IMG/VR virus record: IMGVR_UViG_3300020045_003659
Coordinates: 1-34,166 of that record
Source: a virus
Lineage: Duplodnaviria; Caudoviricetes
DNA length: 34,166 bases
Direction: 5' to 3' (one strand)
Shown: positions 10,501 through 19,120 of the stretch, piece after piece
Position numbering within the stretch: the first letter of the stretch is position 1
Layout of the letters: the number at the start of each line of letters is the position of its first letter
Notes under the pieces: generated by a model
Told to the model about the DNA's origin: nothing
Databases searched by the model: none
The model's input: only the letters and a program-made list of their open reading frames with translations
Program-made: the position numbers and the translations under genes

Positions 10501-10968
10501 AGGCACAAGCCCCATCGGTCCACGTTGAGGCTCTGGAAGGAAGATAGACGCAAAGTCATTCACAACCGTGCGCTGCATCACATCGGCGAGAACGCCATAC
10601 CCTGACAACGTACCGCCGACAGACTGACCAACAAGACCACCGCCGAACTGACGGATAGTCCGCTCAATCTGACCCATGCTGCCGATGTTGTCATGCGCAA
10701 TCGCGGCTTTTTCAGGGTTGCTCAGGAAAGCAGAAGTACCCGGCAGATCGCGGGCCAGAGTCCTGTAATCAATCGAGTCAAACGCAGCCCGGGTTTCAAT
10801 CTCAGGCTTGTTCAGGCGCACAGCCTCAACCGGAAGGTTGTACCGCTTGGCAAGGTTCTGGAGCTTTGCCTCTGCGTCGGGTTGCTTGTCGATAGCCGTC
10901 AGCATGGACGAACGAACACCTTGCTCCGTGTCATCTTGCAAGAGCGGGAGATATGGGTTATCGGCCAT
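4591..10968 (-). CDS. Large internal virion/ejection protein, polyvalent type (ART-like and HExxH modules)
   Basis: 2125 aa, last of three internal virion genes; VYHHTS...LYFTT...YG near aa 596; ADLSTALHEGAHFF near aa 756; C-terminal GGYYP. Confidence 0.8.
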   Translation of the reverse strand: MADNPYLPLLQDDTEQGVRSSMLTAIDKQPDAEAKLQNLAKRYNLPVEAVRLNKPEIETRAAFDSIDYRTLARDLPGTSAFLSNPEKAAIAHDNIGSMGQIERTIRQFGGGLVGQSVGGTLSGYGVLADVMQRTVVNDFASIFLPEPQRGPMGLVPQKPTIESLAGPLIGEGLRDVGGMVKEKGRAIEGTGEKTFWDQVAGGLGQVVGQIPMSILTRGTSLYAQGADVMNEKIAPDIANQRDKDLAVLGGAAVTGVTEAWALDKLLGPLAVPMKSQIGAALARIGIASAAEGGQEFSENVIQDVIRKSITNRDAEINIGQSIEEGGVGAAVGGIVRTIVESALHVRTRGARKVEQAEQGGQAIADLSELVKADKLLQRDPQSFEQFIKDAAEGGPVEKVYIDAQTLMQSGVAEQVAAVSPAVAEQLEIAAQTGAQIAIPVEEYTARIAPTDFAQGLLDHVKTDPDGFSRAEAQEYMQSQGDQLQQEVERALTEQQGDEVSQTSQAVVKAQIQQELDALGRFTPEKNETDAALFSSYYAVRAAQLGVTPEQFYEQRKVRFAAQRMEGLQLDQGQNDQTGALDDATGLPLNSDGTVTVYHHTSAEKAAEIRQSGVLKSAAEPDLYFTTTPETDTGYGDTAIPFRVKPDRLLLDDEFPGGRQDFRVETKTASKSRRVRFLPDGSAVLNQGGSTQKARGSFGRIFNVLRNGEKVGEVVALEQDAAQATAIDKFGADAVAVATTEFSIALLKGADLSTALHEGAHFFFENDIALAAELVKQNGVFESDTQSEGERQIVADVSALMNWHGIKGTVEEQLAQWYTMDFEQKRVAHERTAESFEAYLFNGNAPSIELAPYFQKFRAWLLNVYKSLKSFLEKNPEAGKLDDSVRSIFDRMLATSEQIKTAEQSRSMLPLFANPEQAGMTPEEFAAYQEQGIEPTAEAIDKLQARGLRDLAWARNAHGREIKKLQKSAEARRKEVRIEVRREVMSQPVYRAWQFLTATVEKGAPTEAETEFKKELSDWEQRREEYKAEQSTKIKAQMWEQSPQASAEYASPQKRGMAKGQFLIKNKKLVEVDSERAAILWEKENQKPKKPEVVRPETIEQALGELGKLQLSEVESLGLPAGFVEILKDRKMTGKDGFHPDIVAEEFGFTSGDQLTRELVDSVPPEEAIENLTDQRMLERFGDLATPGAIDQAADKAIHNEARARMVATEANALAQATGQQKILLSAAKEFAAQIVARLKVRDVQPSRFANAAARAAVNAMKASKAGDIQTAATEKRNQVLQLQAAKAAHDARDEVDSSLKYLKKFGKESVRKNLDQGYVDQIDTLLEKYDLQSTASQADRRQSLATWVQSRLNAGELPAIAESLLTPAERSKYLAQVQSRDESGDLVYKDDEAAIALLAQAIERSAKRSHKDMTVEEFRGLVDTVKNIEHLGRLKNKILTARDQKGYEAIRDDIAAGIVEHAKQSGKKTKTANNWLGQKFQSIKQFGASHIKVATWARIMDGGKDNGPVWRYLLQPANERATMETEMRAKATEALDKIMRPVLSKVPMSDKVGKGKFFPSLNESMNWQERFAVALNIGNESNMQRLLGGKGWTFAQVKPVLDGLTAEEWTAVQAVWDHFETYRPLIAEKELRVTGKEPEWIKARQIDVSTADGQRIQLRGGYYPVVFDPRVNMKAEADSKSQEAKDMMKAAYSAATTQRGFIKQRVEELNGRPLMLNLQGLYTGVNNVIHDLSWHEWVIDANKLLKSKTIDNAIREHYGPEVKREFDKWRDDIVIGSRRMDHGVERAAGFLRQSISASALTFNLLTAAMQPLGLSNSIARVGATWVGKGVARYVAAPMQSTREAQEKSKWLANRTRTRFRELNELRNQVQGQTAAKELMGKYGYWLMMRTQMMVDVPTWWGGYEKAIAEGQDEATAVQLADQGVKDAQGGGEEVDQSGIERGGAIVKLFTTFYSYMGSTLNVAYLAGKTDASKARAVANILLVTMAPVILGTLLKDALVLGGDDDDEDLLKKLAVEQVNFLLGMVVVGREFGQAAKMAFGEYSPGYGGPAGLRMIGDITKLTSQTAQGEFDAGFGKAFISVLGDLTGIPSVQINRTVMQGIPAVIDGETDGPVEAVQAITFGFQR

Positions 10969-13121
10969 CAGAAGCCCTCGCGCCTGCGGTACAAGGCTTG
11001 AATGTTTTCCTCCGTCACTGGCTTTTTCATTTCGGTCAATGCATCAATGATTTGTTTGCGGTCTACGGGAGGCACAACAACCTTTTCACCAGGCTTGAGG
11101 TTTGCCGCTACTTTGCTGCTGTTCCAAAGGAATCCGGCTGTTTCCACTTTGGTGAACATGCGGGCGGCGATTTCTTCGGCGTCTTTGCTGGTGGCTTTCT
11201 TGCCCTGCTGCGCTTCAAACGCGTTCAGCTTTGTCTCAAACTCAGAGAACACACGGCCAACCTTTTCAGCATCCTTTTCTGACTTCGGATTCGGGTTGAT
11301 GCCAGCTTGAACCATGTAGTTTTTCAGCACCTCTTCTGCCGAGCGGATCACCGTTTGTTTCGTTGTGTCCTTGGACTGCTGCAAGTCAACAAGCTGCTTG
11401 AATTCAGAATCAGCAAACTGACCCTTGAACGATCCAAGGTTGACCATTGAAAGCTTTTGCGGATCAGTGCGAAGCTCGTAGTACAGCTTCCAATCCGTCT
11501 CAACAGGAACCTGCTTAGAAACCTTGTCGGCATAGCTGCGGACGGTATCAAGCTTGTCACGCGGGACAGCGTTTAGAACGGCTGCGGGTAGCTTGGAATA
11601 GCTACCGCCGTTCTTTTCGATGCCATCCAGGGCGGTGGCAAGCGCCTCGTCATCCCTGATCTTCTTGGCGTTGGTCATGTCGCGCAGTGTTGTTTCTGCA
11701 CGCTCTCGCGCAACTTTGTAGGCGTCTGGATTCCTTGCCAGATAGGGGTCAGACCGCAATGCCGCGTCTACCTCTTCCATCGTGCGGGCCTTCTGTTTAC
11801 CTTCGCCACCCTCATAAGCCGCCATGTTCTTGGCAACGTAGTCTTGGGTTTCTTTCGGCAGGTAGGCCAGATAGTCGTCAGCGCCAACACCTCGGAACTT
11901 GTCCGCTGCCTGCTCAGCCTTCTTAAGGGCTTTATCTACCCGACCCGGACCGCCGTTGTATGCCGCCCAAGCAATATCAAGCCGACCGTATTGCTTAATC
12001 ATCGCCTTCATGTAGTCTCTTCCGACTCTGGCGCGCTCGTCAGGAGAATTATTTTTCGCCGGTGTCACCCCATATCCCGGGGCCATATTGGTGTCGTCCA
12101 ACACCTGCATTTCCCCCTTTGCCCCTTTTGGACTGGTGAGAATGTTGCCGTCCTTACCGTACCTTTTCCCGTTGGACTCGGTATTCATTGTGATGTTGAC
12201 CACGCGGTCAAAGTCGCTAGGGTCAACTGTGGCCCGCACACCTTGCAAATGAATGTCAGCCCGAGCCGCGCCGAGTTGCTTGTTTGACTCAGTGTTGATT
12301 GCCTTTTTCAAGGGCAGCATGTCAACAGGGTCAATCTCCTTCGCGTGCTGCTTCATGTAGCCAGCGGCAAACGACAGATCGTTGCTTTCAAGCGCCGATG
12401 CAATCGCAACCTTGTGCGCCGTGCTGGTCAACTCAAGAACGCGGGCCTCTTGCCACGTCGCCGACTTGCCAGTCAACTGCGCCTCACGGTAAACGTGCGC
12501 CTTGATCGTATTCAGCGCCTCATTCACAGACTCAGGGTTGCTGTACTCCTTGGCAATCTGATCAATAGCCAGCTTCTGGGCACCCTGAGAGACAGACAGG
12601 CTGTGACTGTTGTACTCGTCAGACTTGTGGCGCATGGCACCAGCGCGAAAGTTCGTCGCAAGCTCTGACGCCCGCTGAGAGAACATCGCTTTTTGCGCGT
12701 CCGTCCCAAGCCCTTCGCCGATGGTGCGGATTTCCTTCACCAGATTCTGCGTGTACTCGTCCTCAAGCGACAGGCCGGATTGACGCTCAATCGCGGCATT
12801 ACCACGGATGTTCGTATAGCCTTGGTCCTTGTCGTGAGTAAGCCTTAGCGCGGCTTCCTTGGCCTTGTTCAGCGCATCGTCAACGCGGACTTGAGCGACG
12901 TTCTTTTCGGCTTCGATCTGATAGGCCGCGATCTGACTGCCCAGCCGCTGCATCGTGTCGCCGGTCTGCTGCAACTGCTTTCCCGCAATGTCTGGCGTCG
13001 TCACAGCCTTGAACGGCTGGAGAGTTCGCGCCTGTTCCGGGTTCGTCGTTGCTGGTCGGAAGCTTGGAGTTGGTAGCGTGTTCGCGCCTACCTGCAAATT
13101 GTCGTAGGTTGGGACTTTCAT
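10968..13121 (-). CDS. Internal virion protein with lytic transglycosylase (SLT) domain
   Basis: NTESNG, GEMQV, AYNGGPG and PKETQDYV SLT motifs; start MKVPTYD at 13121 (TGATG coupling). Confidence 0.88.
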   Translation of the reverse strand: MKVPTYDNLQVGANTLPTPSFRPATTNPEQARTLQPFKAVTTPDIAGKQLQQTGDTMQRLGSQIAAYQIEAEKNVAQVRVDDALNKAKEAALRLTHDKDQGYTNIRGNAAIERQSGLSLEDEYTQNLVKEIRTIGEGLGTDAQKAMFSQRASELATNFRAGAMRHKSDEYNSHSLSVSQGAQKLAIDQIAKEYSNPESVNEALNTIKAHVYREAQLTGKSATWQEARVLELTSTAHKVAIASALESNDLSFAAGYMKQHAKEIDPVDMLPLKKAINTESNKQLGAARADIHLQGVRATVDPSDFDRVVNITMNTESNGKRYGKDGNILTSPKGAKGEMQVLDDTNMAPGYGVTPAKNNSPDERARVGRDYMKAMIKQYGRLDIAWAAYNGGPGRVDKALKKAEQAADKFRGVGADDYLAYLPKETQDYVAKNMAAYEGGEGKQKARTMEEVDAALRSDPYLARNPDAYKVARERAETTLRDMTNAKKIRDDEALATALDGIEKNGGSYSKLPAAVLNAVPRDKLDTVRSYADKVSKQVPVETDWKLYYELRTDPQKLSMVNLGSFKGQFADSEFKQLVDLQQSKDTTKQTVIRSAEEVLKNYMVQAGINPNPKSEKDAEKVGRVFSEFETKLNAFEAQQGKKATSKDAEEIAARMFTKVETAGFLWNSSKVAANLKPGEKVVVPPVDRKQIIDALTEMKKPVTEENIQALYRRREGF

Positions 13122-13933
13122 CAGGCTACCTTGCTCCGGCGATACCACGTATCAGCCACGCCCATGGCCCCGTTGATCAGTGTGTTTGTGAATTGACTGT
13201 CAGGGCTGATTGCGTTGCTCGCTGCATAGCTGGAGTTGGCCGACGATTGCAGGCTGAACAACTCTTGCGCACCTTGCGAACGGATGTTCTGAGCCTGAGT
13301 CCTGCCGCCGATTTCGATATTCACCGCTTGGGTGTTGCCGTCGATCATCGCGGCCACGCCTTGGGTACGGTGCCCCCATGCATTGCGGATCGCGTTCGCC
13401 GTGATCTGTTCCTTGTCAATGTCCTTCATGATTTCCGTAGAAGCCAGAACATCAACCGCATTGCCCTCACCCAGGTCAATACCGTTCGCAGCCATCGCGG
13501 CCCGTTGGGTGGACTTGAGTTGACCAGCTTTGAGCGTCAGGCTGGCAACCTGCTGCTGGCCTTGCTGGAGCGCAGACTCTGCCCCCAACTCGGCAATCTT
13601 CATGTTTGCCCTGGCGGTCTCCCTGACGGCGTTGGCGTTGATCCGCGCCATCGCTTCGGAGTAGCTTGCACCTAGAAGGGTGGACTTTGCAGAGTAAGCG
13701 GCATTCTGCCGATCCATGTCCCCCTGAAACTTCAGGTTCTGGCGTTCATTCTTTGCACTGATCCGCGAACCCCAAGCGGAAGCGAGAACGCCGAACAACT
13801 GGGCATATCCACCGAAAGCAGATGCAGACATTCCAGACGAACCGAAACCGGCATTCTGAGACGCCAGCATGGAAGTCTGTTGACTCCCAATGTTCGTGTT
13901 ATAGGTAAAGGCGGTGCCTATGTTCAGAGCCAT
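13121..13933 (-). CDS. Internal virion (ejection) protein, T7 gp14-position
   Basis: Ala/Gln/Ser-rich with QRAAMAANGIDL motif; follows the nozzle gene. Start inferred at MALNIG (13933) just downstream of the promoter motif. Confidence 0.75.
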   Translation of the reverse strand: MALNIGTAFTYNTNIGSQQTSMLASQNAGFGSSGMSASAFGGYAQLFGVLASAWGSRISAKNERQNLKFQGDMDRQNAAYSAKSTLLGASYSEAMARINANAVRETARANMKIAELGAESALQQGQQQVASLTLKAGQLKSTQRAAMAANGIDLGEGNAVDVLASTEIMKDIDKEQITANAIRNAWGHRTQGVAAMIDGNTQAVNIEIGGRTQAQNIRSQGAQELFSLQSSANSSYAASNAISPDSQFTNTLINGAMGVADTWYRRSKVA

Positions 13934-13939
13934 ACCATG

Positions 13940-13971
13940 AACATAGGGGCGCTCTAGCCTAATGCGTACAC
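13940..13971 (-). promoter_or_regulatory. Putative late promoter (internal virion proteins)
   Basis: GTGTACGCAT (13971-13962), 16 bp, TATGTT (13945-13940), 6 nt, ATG. Confidence 0.72.
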
Positions 13972-16151
13972 TAACTCCCCACCTCAACCTCAACCGTCAT
14001 GGAAACGACTGTCAGGGGTAGGGGATCGGTCTGACGGACAAACACCTGCCCACCATCGGCCCATGTGGGCGTGACTGCAATCTCTACTTCGCCCGTCTTG
14101 AGTGCCGGGGCCAGGCCGTAGTCTTCGGTTGTGCGCTGCTTCGCCTGAGTCAACCGCGCCATGGTAGGCCCCGCGAAGATGCCCGACGACTTGAACACGC
14201 GAAGCCATACCCGGTTCACGTTCTTGATCCTGCCTTGGCCGAACCCGTTGTCAATCTGCGCAGCGAATGGAAGGGTTTCCAAGTCGGCAACGATTGGCAA
14301 CCCAACATGGATCTTGCTGGCCTCTACATCCAGCGTGATCGCACCAGAAGTAACCACACGCTGAGGATGAACCGCACCATCTGCAAGGATGTTCACGGTC
14401 TTACCCTCAAGCCACGTAAGCCCAGAGATTTCATCGACCGGCACGCCGTCATAGGTTGCACCGCAGTCCACAAAGAACGCATCAGCCTGGTCCCCAATCG
14501 CACGGGTTGCCATGCGCTCGATATACCGAACCTCGCTCTCTCCAATGGTGCGCTTGACCACCACATACAGCACATCCTCTGCACCTTCTGCAACGACAGC
14601 GCAGGACTCAAACAGCCCATCCGTATCGTGCTGGTGCCACGATCCAACCTGTTGCTCTGGAACGTATGTCAACCCCAGCAACTTGCCAGAAGTGCTCACG
14701 AACCACACCAAAGGAATCGGGGCCTTGGCATAGCACATATCAGCGATGTCGAACCCGTCAAACAGGTGGGGGGCACGCAATGACAGATCGCCCGTCAGGA
14801 AGCCTGATGCCTGCCAGTTGTACGCCACCTCGCGGATATGACCACCTCGTGCCGCGCAGTAAATCGCGGTGTTGTTGACAATCTGAGGCTGCACGTTGGA
14901 GGCACCGACATAGGACTGCGGAACCACGTTTATCGTTGTCGGCGTGATGGCGTCGGAGTTCTGGGAGGTCACTCGCCACTCTGCCGAACTGGTCAGCAGC
15001 AGCAACTGTCCCATCGGCAGGATGTGGCGCACCGTGTTCGCTTCCCTCGCTGCGATGCGAAAGCTGATGCGCTCGTCATCACGGATGGGGAACGAGTAAG
15101 CAAGCAAAGACTCTGTTCCGCTCTTCGTCATCCAGACGTTTTGAGGCTTGTTGGTGGTTCCTGCAAACGCTCTTCGCTGCTCGAAGTAGCTCACGGCCCC
15201 AGGGTAATTGCCAACCCCGGTAAACGCTGCCTCGTACAGCGGTGGCGTCTTGGACAAATCACCAAAGATGTTGTCATCAACAATGCTCAGGTTCGTGGTC
15301 TGCCCGATGTACCCGAACAGACCACCGCTCAGTTTGTAGACGTTGTACCGAGTCGCCCCAGACACGGCACTCCACGAGATAGTGACCTTGCCGCCAGTCT
15401 CAAACAGGTTGCCATCATCTGACACCTCAGACGAAGCAACAGACTCAGCCACCCCATCAGCACCGATGGCCGTCACGACATAGGTGTATGTGTACTTGTC
15501 GGCAGTGTGCCCACTCGCCACAACCGTTACACCACCCGGCGCGGCCACCGTCACGGCGAATGAGATATCCAGCAGCGTCCACTTTGCAGCGCCAAGACGG
15601 CGAAGCTCAGCCGGTGGATAGTTGGGATGAACCAGCGTGAGAACGTCAGCAGACTGCACGTAATGCAGATCGAACAGATCAGCCTCAAGGTACGCGGTAG
15701 GGACTTGGATAACCTCGCCCGGTTGCGGATACCAATACGTGACGTTGGGCGGTGCGTTGCCGGTCGTGTTTGCCAAGCAGTAGTAATTCACCCCAGCGCT
15801 TGAAACAATGTCGCCACGGGTATACGCGGTTGCCCCGTTGTACGCTGGCGCTGTCACCTCAAGGGTTGCGCCCTGCGTGTGGAAGCGCATGTACCCCTCG
15901 CCAATCTCCACCACCATGGTTTGAGTGGTGGAGTAGGTGAAAGGGATCACCCTGGTTCGTTTGTCAGAGTTCCCAGACTCACGGACATAACCAAATCCAG
16001 CCCGGTTCTCTGCTGGGCCGTGAGGCTTCGTCACAAAGTTCCGACACAGAGCAAGTCCGGATTGAAACTTGGCGTCATCAATCCGCCCGAACAATTCCGG
16101 CGTGACCTCGCCACCAGCAAAGGACCGCTGAAAGCTGCGTACCTGAGCCAT
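13971..16151 (-). CDS. Tail tubular protein B (nozzle)
   Basis: QRSFAGGEVTPELFGR N-terminus and YPGAVSYFEQR; 726 aa; follows tail tubular A. Confidence 0.9.
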   Translation of the reverse strand: MAQVRSFQRSFAGGEVTPELFGRIDDAKFQSGLALCRNFVTKPHGPAENRAGFGYVRESGNSDKRTRVIPFTYSTTQTMVVEIGEGYMRFHTQGATLEVTAPAYNGATAYTRGDIVSSAGVNYYCLANTTGNAPPNVTYWYPQPGEVIQVPTAYLEADLFDLHYVQSADVLTLVHPNYPPAELRRLGAAKWTLLDISFAVTVAAPGGVTVVASGHTADKYTYTYVVTAIGADGVAESVASSEVSDDGNLFETGGKVTISWSAVSGATRYNVYKLSGGLFGYIGQTTNLSIVDDNIFGDLSKTPPLYEAAFTGVGNYPGAVSYFEQRRAFAGTTNKPQNVWMTKSGTESLLAYSFPIRDDERISFRIAAREANTVRHILPMGQLLLLTSSAEWRVTSQNSDAITPTTINVVPQSYVGASNVQPQIVNNTAIYCAARGGHIREVAYNWQASGFLTGDLSLRAPHLFDGFDIADMCYAKAPIPLVWFVSTSGKLLGLTYVPEQQVGSWHQHDTDGLFESCAVVAEGAEDVLYVVVKRTIGESEVRYIERMATRAIGDQADAFFVDCGATYDGVPVDEISGLTWLEGKTVNILADGAVHPQRVVTSGAITLDVEASKIHVGLPIVADLETLPFAAQIDNGFGQGRIKNVNRVWLRVFKSSGIFAGPTMARLTQAKQRTTEDYGLAPALKTGEVEIAVTPTWADGGQVFVRQTDPLPLTVVSMTVEVEVGS

Positions 16152-16756
16152 CAGCGAGCCTCAATCCAACTTGGAGTGTTGTCGGGCCGAATCATGCGCT
16201 GGTTGGAGTCAGACACCATGGCCTGCGATGCGACCTGACGGAACACCTGCAACTGCTCAAGCCCAGCCTTACGTCCTGACTCACCCTTGACCACAGGGCC
16301 GGACATGTAAGACGCCAGCAAGCGGGCCAGTGCGTCAACAAACAGCGGAGGCATACGGTTTGTGTCAGTCACCCTAGCGATGTACCGACACGTCGCAGCT
16401 TCGGCGTTGGTTCGGATGATCAAAGAACCGTCTTCCGCAGCCTCAGTGTCATAGGGCTGGGTTTCTTCGTCAGAACCGCTCTCATACGGCAGAACTGAAA
16501 TCACCTTGAGGCATGAAACAGGGACTGCGTAGGCATAAGACCAGGACCACGTTGGAACATTCAGTGCGGCCAGACTGACGCGGCGAGTTGCAAAGTTCCA
16601 GGGGTGCATTTCAAGCAAGGAATCCCGTGCGATAGGGTAGAACCGTGCGCAGTGTTCAGCCTGTGCCGAGCCTTCTGGCGGGTCAATGCTGGCGATGGTC
16701 GCTGAATCACCCAAGTGAGACAGTGCCAGATTGCAAATTTCAACGTCCGAACTCAT
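16151..16756 (-). CDS. Tail tubular protein A (adaptor)
   Basis: SDVEICNLALSHLG...HPWNFA motif typical of podovirus adaptors. Confidence 0.9.
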   Translation of the reverse strand: MSSDVEICNLALSHLGDSATIASIDPPEGSAQAEHCARFYPIARDSLLEMHPWNFATRRVSLAALNVPTWSWSYAYAVPVSCLKVISVLPYESGSDEETQPYDTEAAEDGSLIIRTNAEAATCRYIARVTDTNRMPPLFVDALARLLASYMSGPVVKGESGRKAGLEQLQVFRQVASQAMVSDSNQRMIRPDNTPSWIEAR

Positions 16757-16767
16757 GGCGACCTCTT

Positions 16768-16793
16768 AAAAAAACAGGGGCACTAGGCCCCTG
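16768..16793 (-). terminator. Intrinsic terminator after the capsid block
   Basis: CAGGGGC-ctagt-GCCCCTG stem followed by T7 on the minus strand. Confidence 0.85.
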
Positions 16794-16812
16794 CGTTTGC
16801 GACCCTTGAGGA

Positions 16813-16992
16813 TCATTCCGACTTCGGAGGTCGGCCCCTGCGTTTCTCTGCCTCTTGAGCAGGTTGCACAGAACTTTCCGGCCCCGTTTTGGTAGAAGCC
16901 GGAAGCCGGATCGTTTCGCCCTTCTTGTAGAACCGTGACTCTTGCGAGTTCCACAGGCTCTCCGAGACGACGATGAAGTCGGCCAGGTCCAT
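16813..16992 (-). CDS. Small protein with C-terminal AT-hook-like motif
   Basis: 59 aa, TGATG-coupled to the cement gene; ends KRRGRPPKSE. Confidence 0.65.
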   Translation of the reverse strand: MDLADFIVVSESLWNSQESRFYKKGETIRLPASTKTGPESSVQPAQEAEKRRGRPPKSE

Positions 16993-17441
16993 CACAGAAC
17001 CGTGAAGCCGCTGGCGTAGTTCTTCTGCTTGTGAACCACAGCGTTACCCAGGTAGCAGGTAAAGCTGCCAGCGGTCAGCGGACCCGTCGCCACGGTGTAG
17101 CGCACGCCGATGTATGCCTGGCCCTTCTCTTGCGAGATGTGGGGCGGGATGGCGATGTTGATCGGGTCGCGGCCAATCGTCAGATCAGCCTTGCCAATAG
17201 CGCCGGTAGCAGCCACCACGGTCGGGGTGCTCAGATCAGCCGAAGCCGAAGTGATCACTTCAAACGTCACGGTAGCAGCACCAGCAGCGGTAGCGGCAAC
17301 ATCAGTCGTGATGACAGCGTAAAGCTGATCACCAGGGCCGATGTCGCGGGCAGTGCCCAGCGGGATCGTGTTGGTGGAAACAGCGGTCGCCGTGACGGCT
17401 TGGGCTGCGCTGAGTTTCAGAAGGTTGTCAGTCATGCTCAT
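16992..17441 (-). CDS. Capsid cement/decoration protein (Bbp16-like)
   Basis: Beta-rich AQAVTATAVSTNTI...YIGVRYTV..GPLTAG; directly after the major capsid gene. Confidence 0.82.
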   Translation of the reverse strand: MSMTDNLLKLSAAQAVTATAVSTNTIPLGTARDIGPGDQLYAVITTDVAATAAGAATVTFEVITSASADLSTPTVVAATGAIGKADLTIGRDPINIAIPPHISQEKGQAYIGVRYTVATGPLTAGSFTCYLGNAVVHKQKNYASGFTVL

Positions 17442-17455
17442 GTCAGTTTCTCCGA

Positions 17456-18478
17456 TTAAGCGACAGCGGTTTCTGCGACGCCGAGCTGATCGACGATGCG
17501 CACGGGGACACCCAGGACGGTGAGTTGTTTCACGCTCTGGCCGAACTGGTTCACGCTGTCCTGAATGGACATCACGGAAGCCGAAGAACGGTCCATCGCT
17601 TGAATCATCAGGCCCTCAGCAACCGAGCGGTTGGCGTAGAAGGCAAGGCGGCAATTGGCCTTGTTGGGGATGCGGGCCAGAGCCTTCACCATCAGTTTCA
17701 GAACGTGGGTGGCAGAAGTCCAAGCTTGCGTGCCAGTCACGCCAAGCCAGTCGCTCATGTCCACGTTGGCGATGCGGGCCACATAGCGCCAATCCTTCAC
17801 GCAAAGACCGCAATCCCACTGGTACAAGGTCTTGGCGGCTTGGTAAGGGTTGCCGTCCGAGTCGTTCACATCGTCCAGGCCGAGGTCTTTGATCTTCAGA
17901 CCGCCAGCGGTGCCCTTCGGGTAGATGCCAAAAGCGGTGTTCTCACCCCAGCCAACCAGATAGACCGATGCGTTGTCAGCACCAGAACCACCGGCCAGCA
18001 GCACGTTGTTGCCGTTGCCTGCGGAAGTCGAACTGTAGCGAGTGGCAAAACCGGAGAAGGTCTTTTGATCCACGGCCACGTTGCCGTTGAAAATCTTGCC
18101 TGCAACGCCCTGGCCCATGGCTTCCACGAAGGGCGCCTCTTCGGTCATGCGCCACTGTGCGCTGTTGCCATTGAGTTCCAGCAGCTTCGCGTCGATGTGC
18201 GAACGGGCTTCGGCCATCGCCAGAGGCTCAACCACTTGCGCGGTTTGCGACTTGCTGTTCGGGGTGCCCTGGTTGTACGAGCGCCAGTAGATGTCTGGCA
18301 GACCCGTGCGGATGCCTTCCTTGTGGGAGGTCATTTCGTTGGACGGACGCCAAACGATGTCTTCCAGAATGTCGTTCTGCTGGGAAAGCAGTTCGGCGAT
18401 GGAAAGCGCTTTGCCTTGAGCGTCTGCACGCTTGGCGATGTCTACGAGGGTCAGTTGACCAGATGCGAGAAGTGCCAT
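17456..18478 (-). CDS. Major capsid protein (BPP-1 Bbp17/epsilon15 gp7-like)
   Basis: LTLVDIAKR..IAELLSQQNDILED, RTGLP..WR.YNQG, GLCVKDWRYVARIANVD, GVPVRIVD. Confidence 0.93.
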   Translation of the reverse strand: MALLASGQLTLVDIAKRADAQGKALSIAELLSQQNDILEDIVWRPSNEMTSHKEGIRTGLPDIYWRSYNQGTPNSKSQTAQVVEPLAMAEARSHIDAKLLELNGNSAQWRMTEEAPFVEAMGQGVAGKIFNGNVAVDQKTFSGFATRYSSTSAGNGNNVLLAGGSGADNASVYLVGWGENTAFGIYPKGTAGGLKIKDLGLDDVNDSDGNPYQAAKTLYQWDCGLCVKDWRYVARIANVDMSDWLGVTGTQAWTSATHVLKLMVKALARIPNKANCRLAFYANRSVAEGLMIQAMDRSSASVMSIQDSVNQFGQSVKQLTVLGVPVRIVDQLGVAETAVA

Positions 18479-18490
18479 TTCAAAAACTCC

Positions 18491-19120
18491 TTAGGGGTTC
18501 ATTTCAGTGTTGCTGTAAAACGCCTTGGCGGATGCCTTGGACGCAGATGCATTTGACGATCCGCCGACAAACTTGTCTTCGCTGACCGCCCTTCCAGCCC
18601 GGTAAAGCAAACGAATCATTTCGGGATGATTGCCAAGACCGGACTCATTGAGCAGGGACCGCAGTTCAGGAGAGCCAAAAGCATCAAGTGCTTTCTTTGC
18701 AACGCTCAGGTTTTCTTGCAATGACACGCCGCCGAATTCAGAGTCAGAGGTTGATTTCTCCGCCCACTCTTTCGCCATTGCATCAAGCTGTTGAACCTGA
18801 CTGGCATGACCTTTGGCCGCCAGCTTTTCAAACGCTGCTTGAGCCTGAGCTTGTGTCAGACCCAATTCCTTCGCCACTTCCGCATAGGCTTCCTTTGCAC
18901 CTTCGTTGATCGGCACGCCTTCCGGTGCGCTGAATTCGTAGGACTCAGGAATTTGCGTCTTTTCCTCAACCTTGACTTCTGCAACTGCTTCGGTCTTGGT
19001 TTCGATAACCTGCTCTTGAACACCTTCAACCGCAACAGTAGCGGCCTGAGTGTCTGTGGTGGATGCTTCTGCGCCTTCGCTTGGAGTTGCGGCTTCAGTC
19101 GTCATCAGTGTTTCGCTCAT
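18491..19120 (-). CDS. Capsid scaffolding protein
   Basis: Acidic N-terminus, PESYEF, LNESGLGNHPEMIR; immediately upstream of the capsid gene. Confidence 0.85.
   Translation of the reverse strand: MSETLMTTEAATPSEGAEASTTDTQAATVAVEGVQEQVIETKTEAVAEVKVEEKTQIPESYEFSAPEGVPINEGAKEAYAEVAKELGLTQAQAQAAFEKLAAKGHASQVQQLDAMAKEWAEKSTSDSEFGGVSLQENLSVAKKALDAFGSPELRSLLNESGLGNHPEMIRLLYRAGRAVSEDKFVGGSSNASASKASAKAFYSNTEMNP

Noticed and set aside
13934-13993. N-terminal extensions in the ORF track (also 24080-24097, 30286-30363, 28847-28927, 29134-29205, 32369-32593, 33148-33222)
   Set aside because: They overlap upstream genes or promoters; internal starts with translational coupling, an RBS or a promoter fit better.
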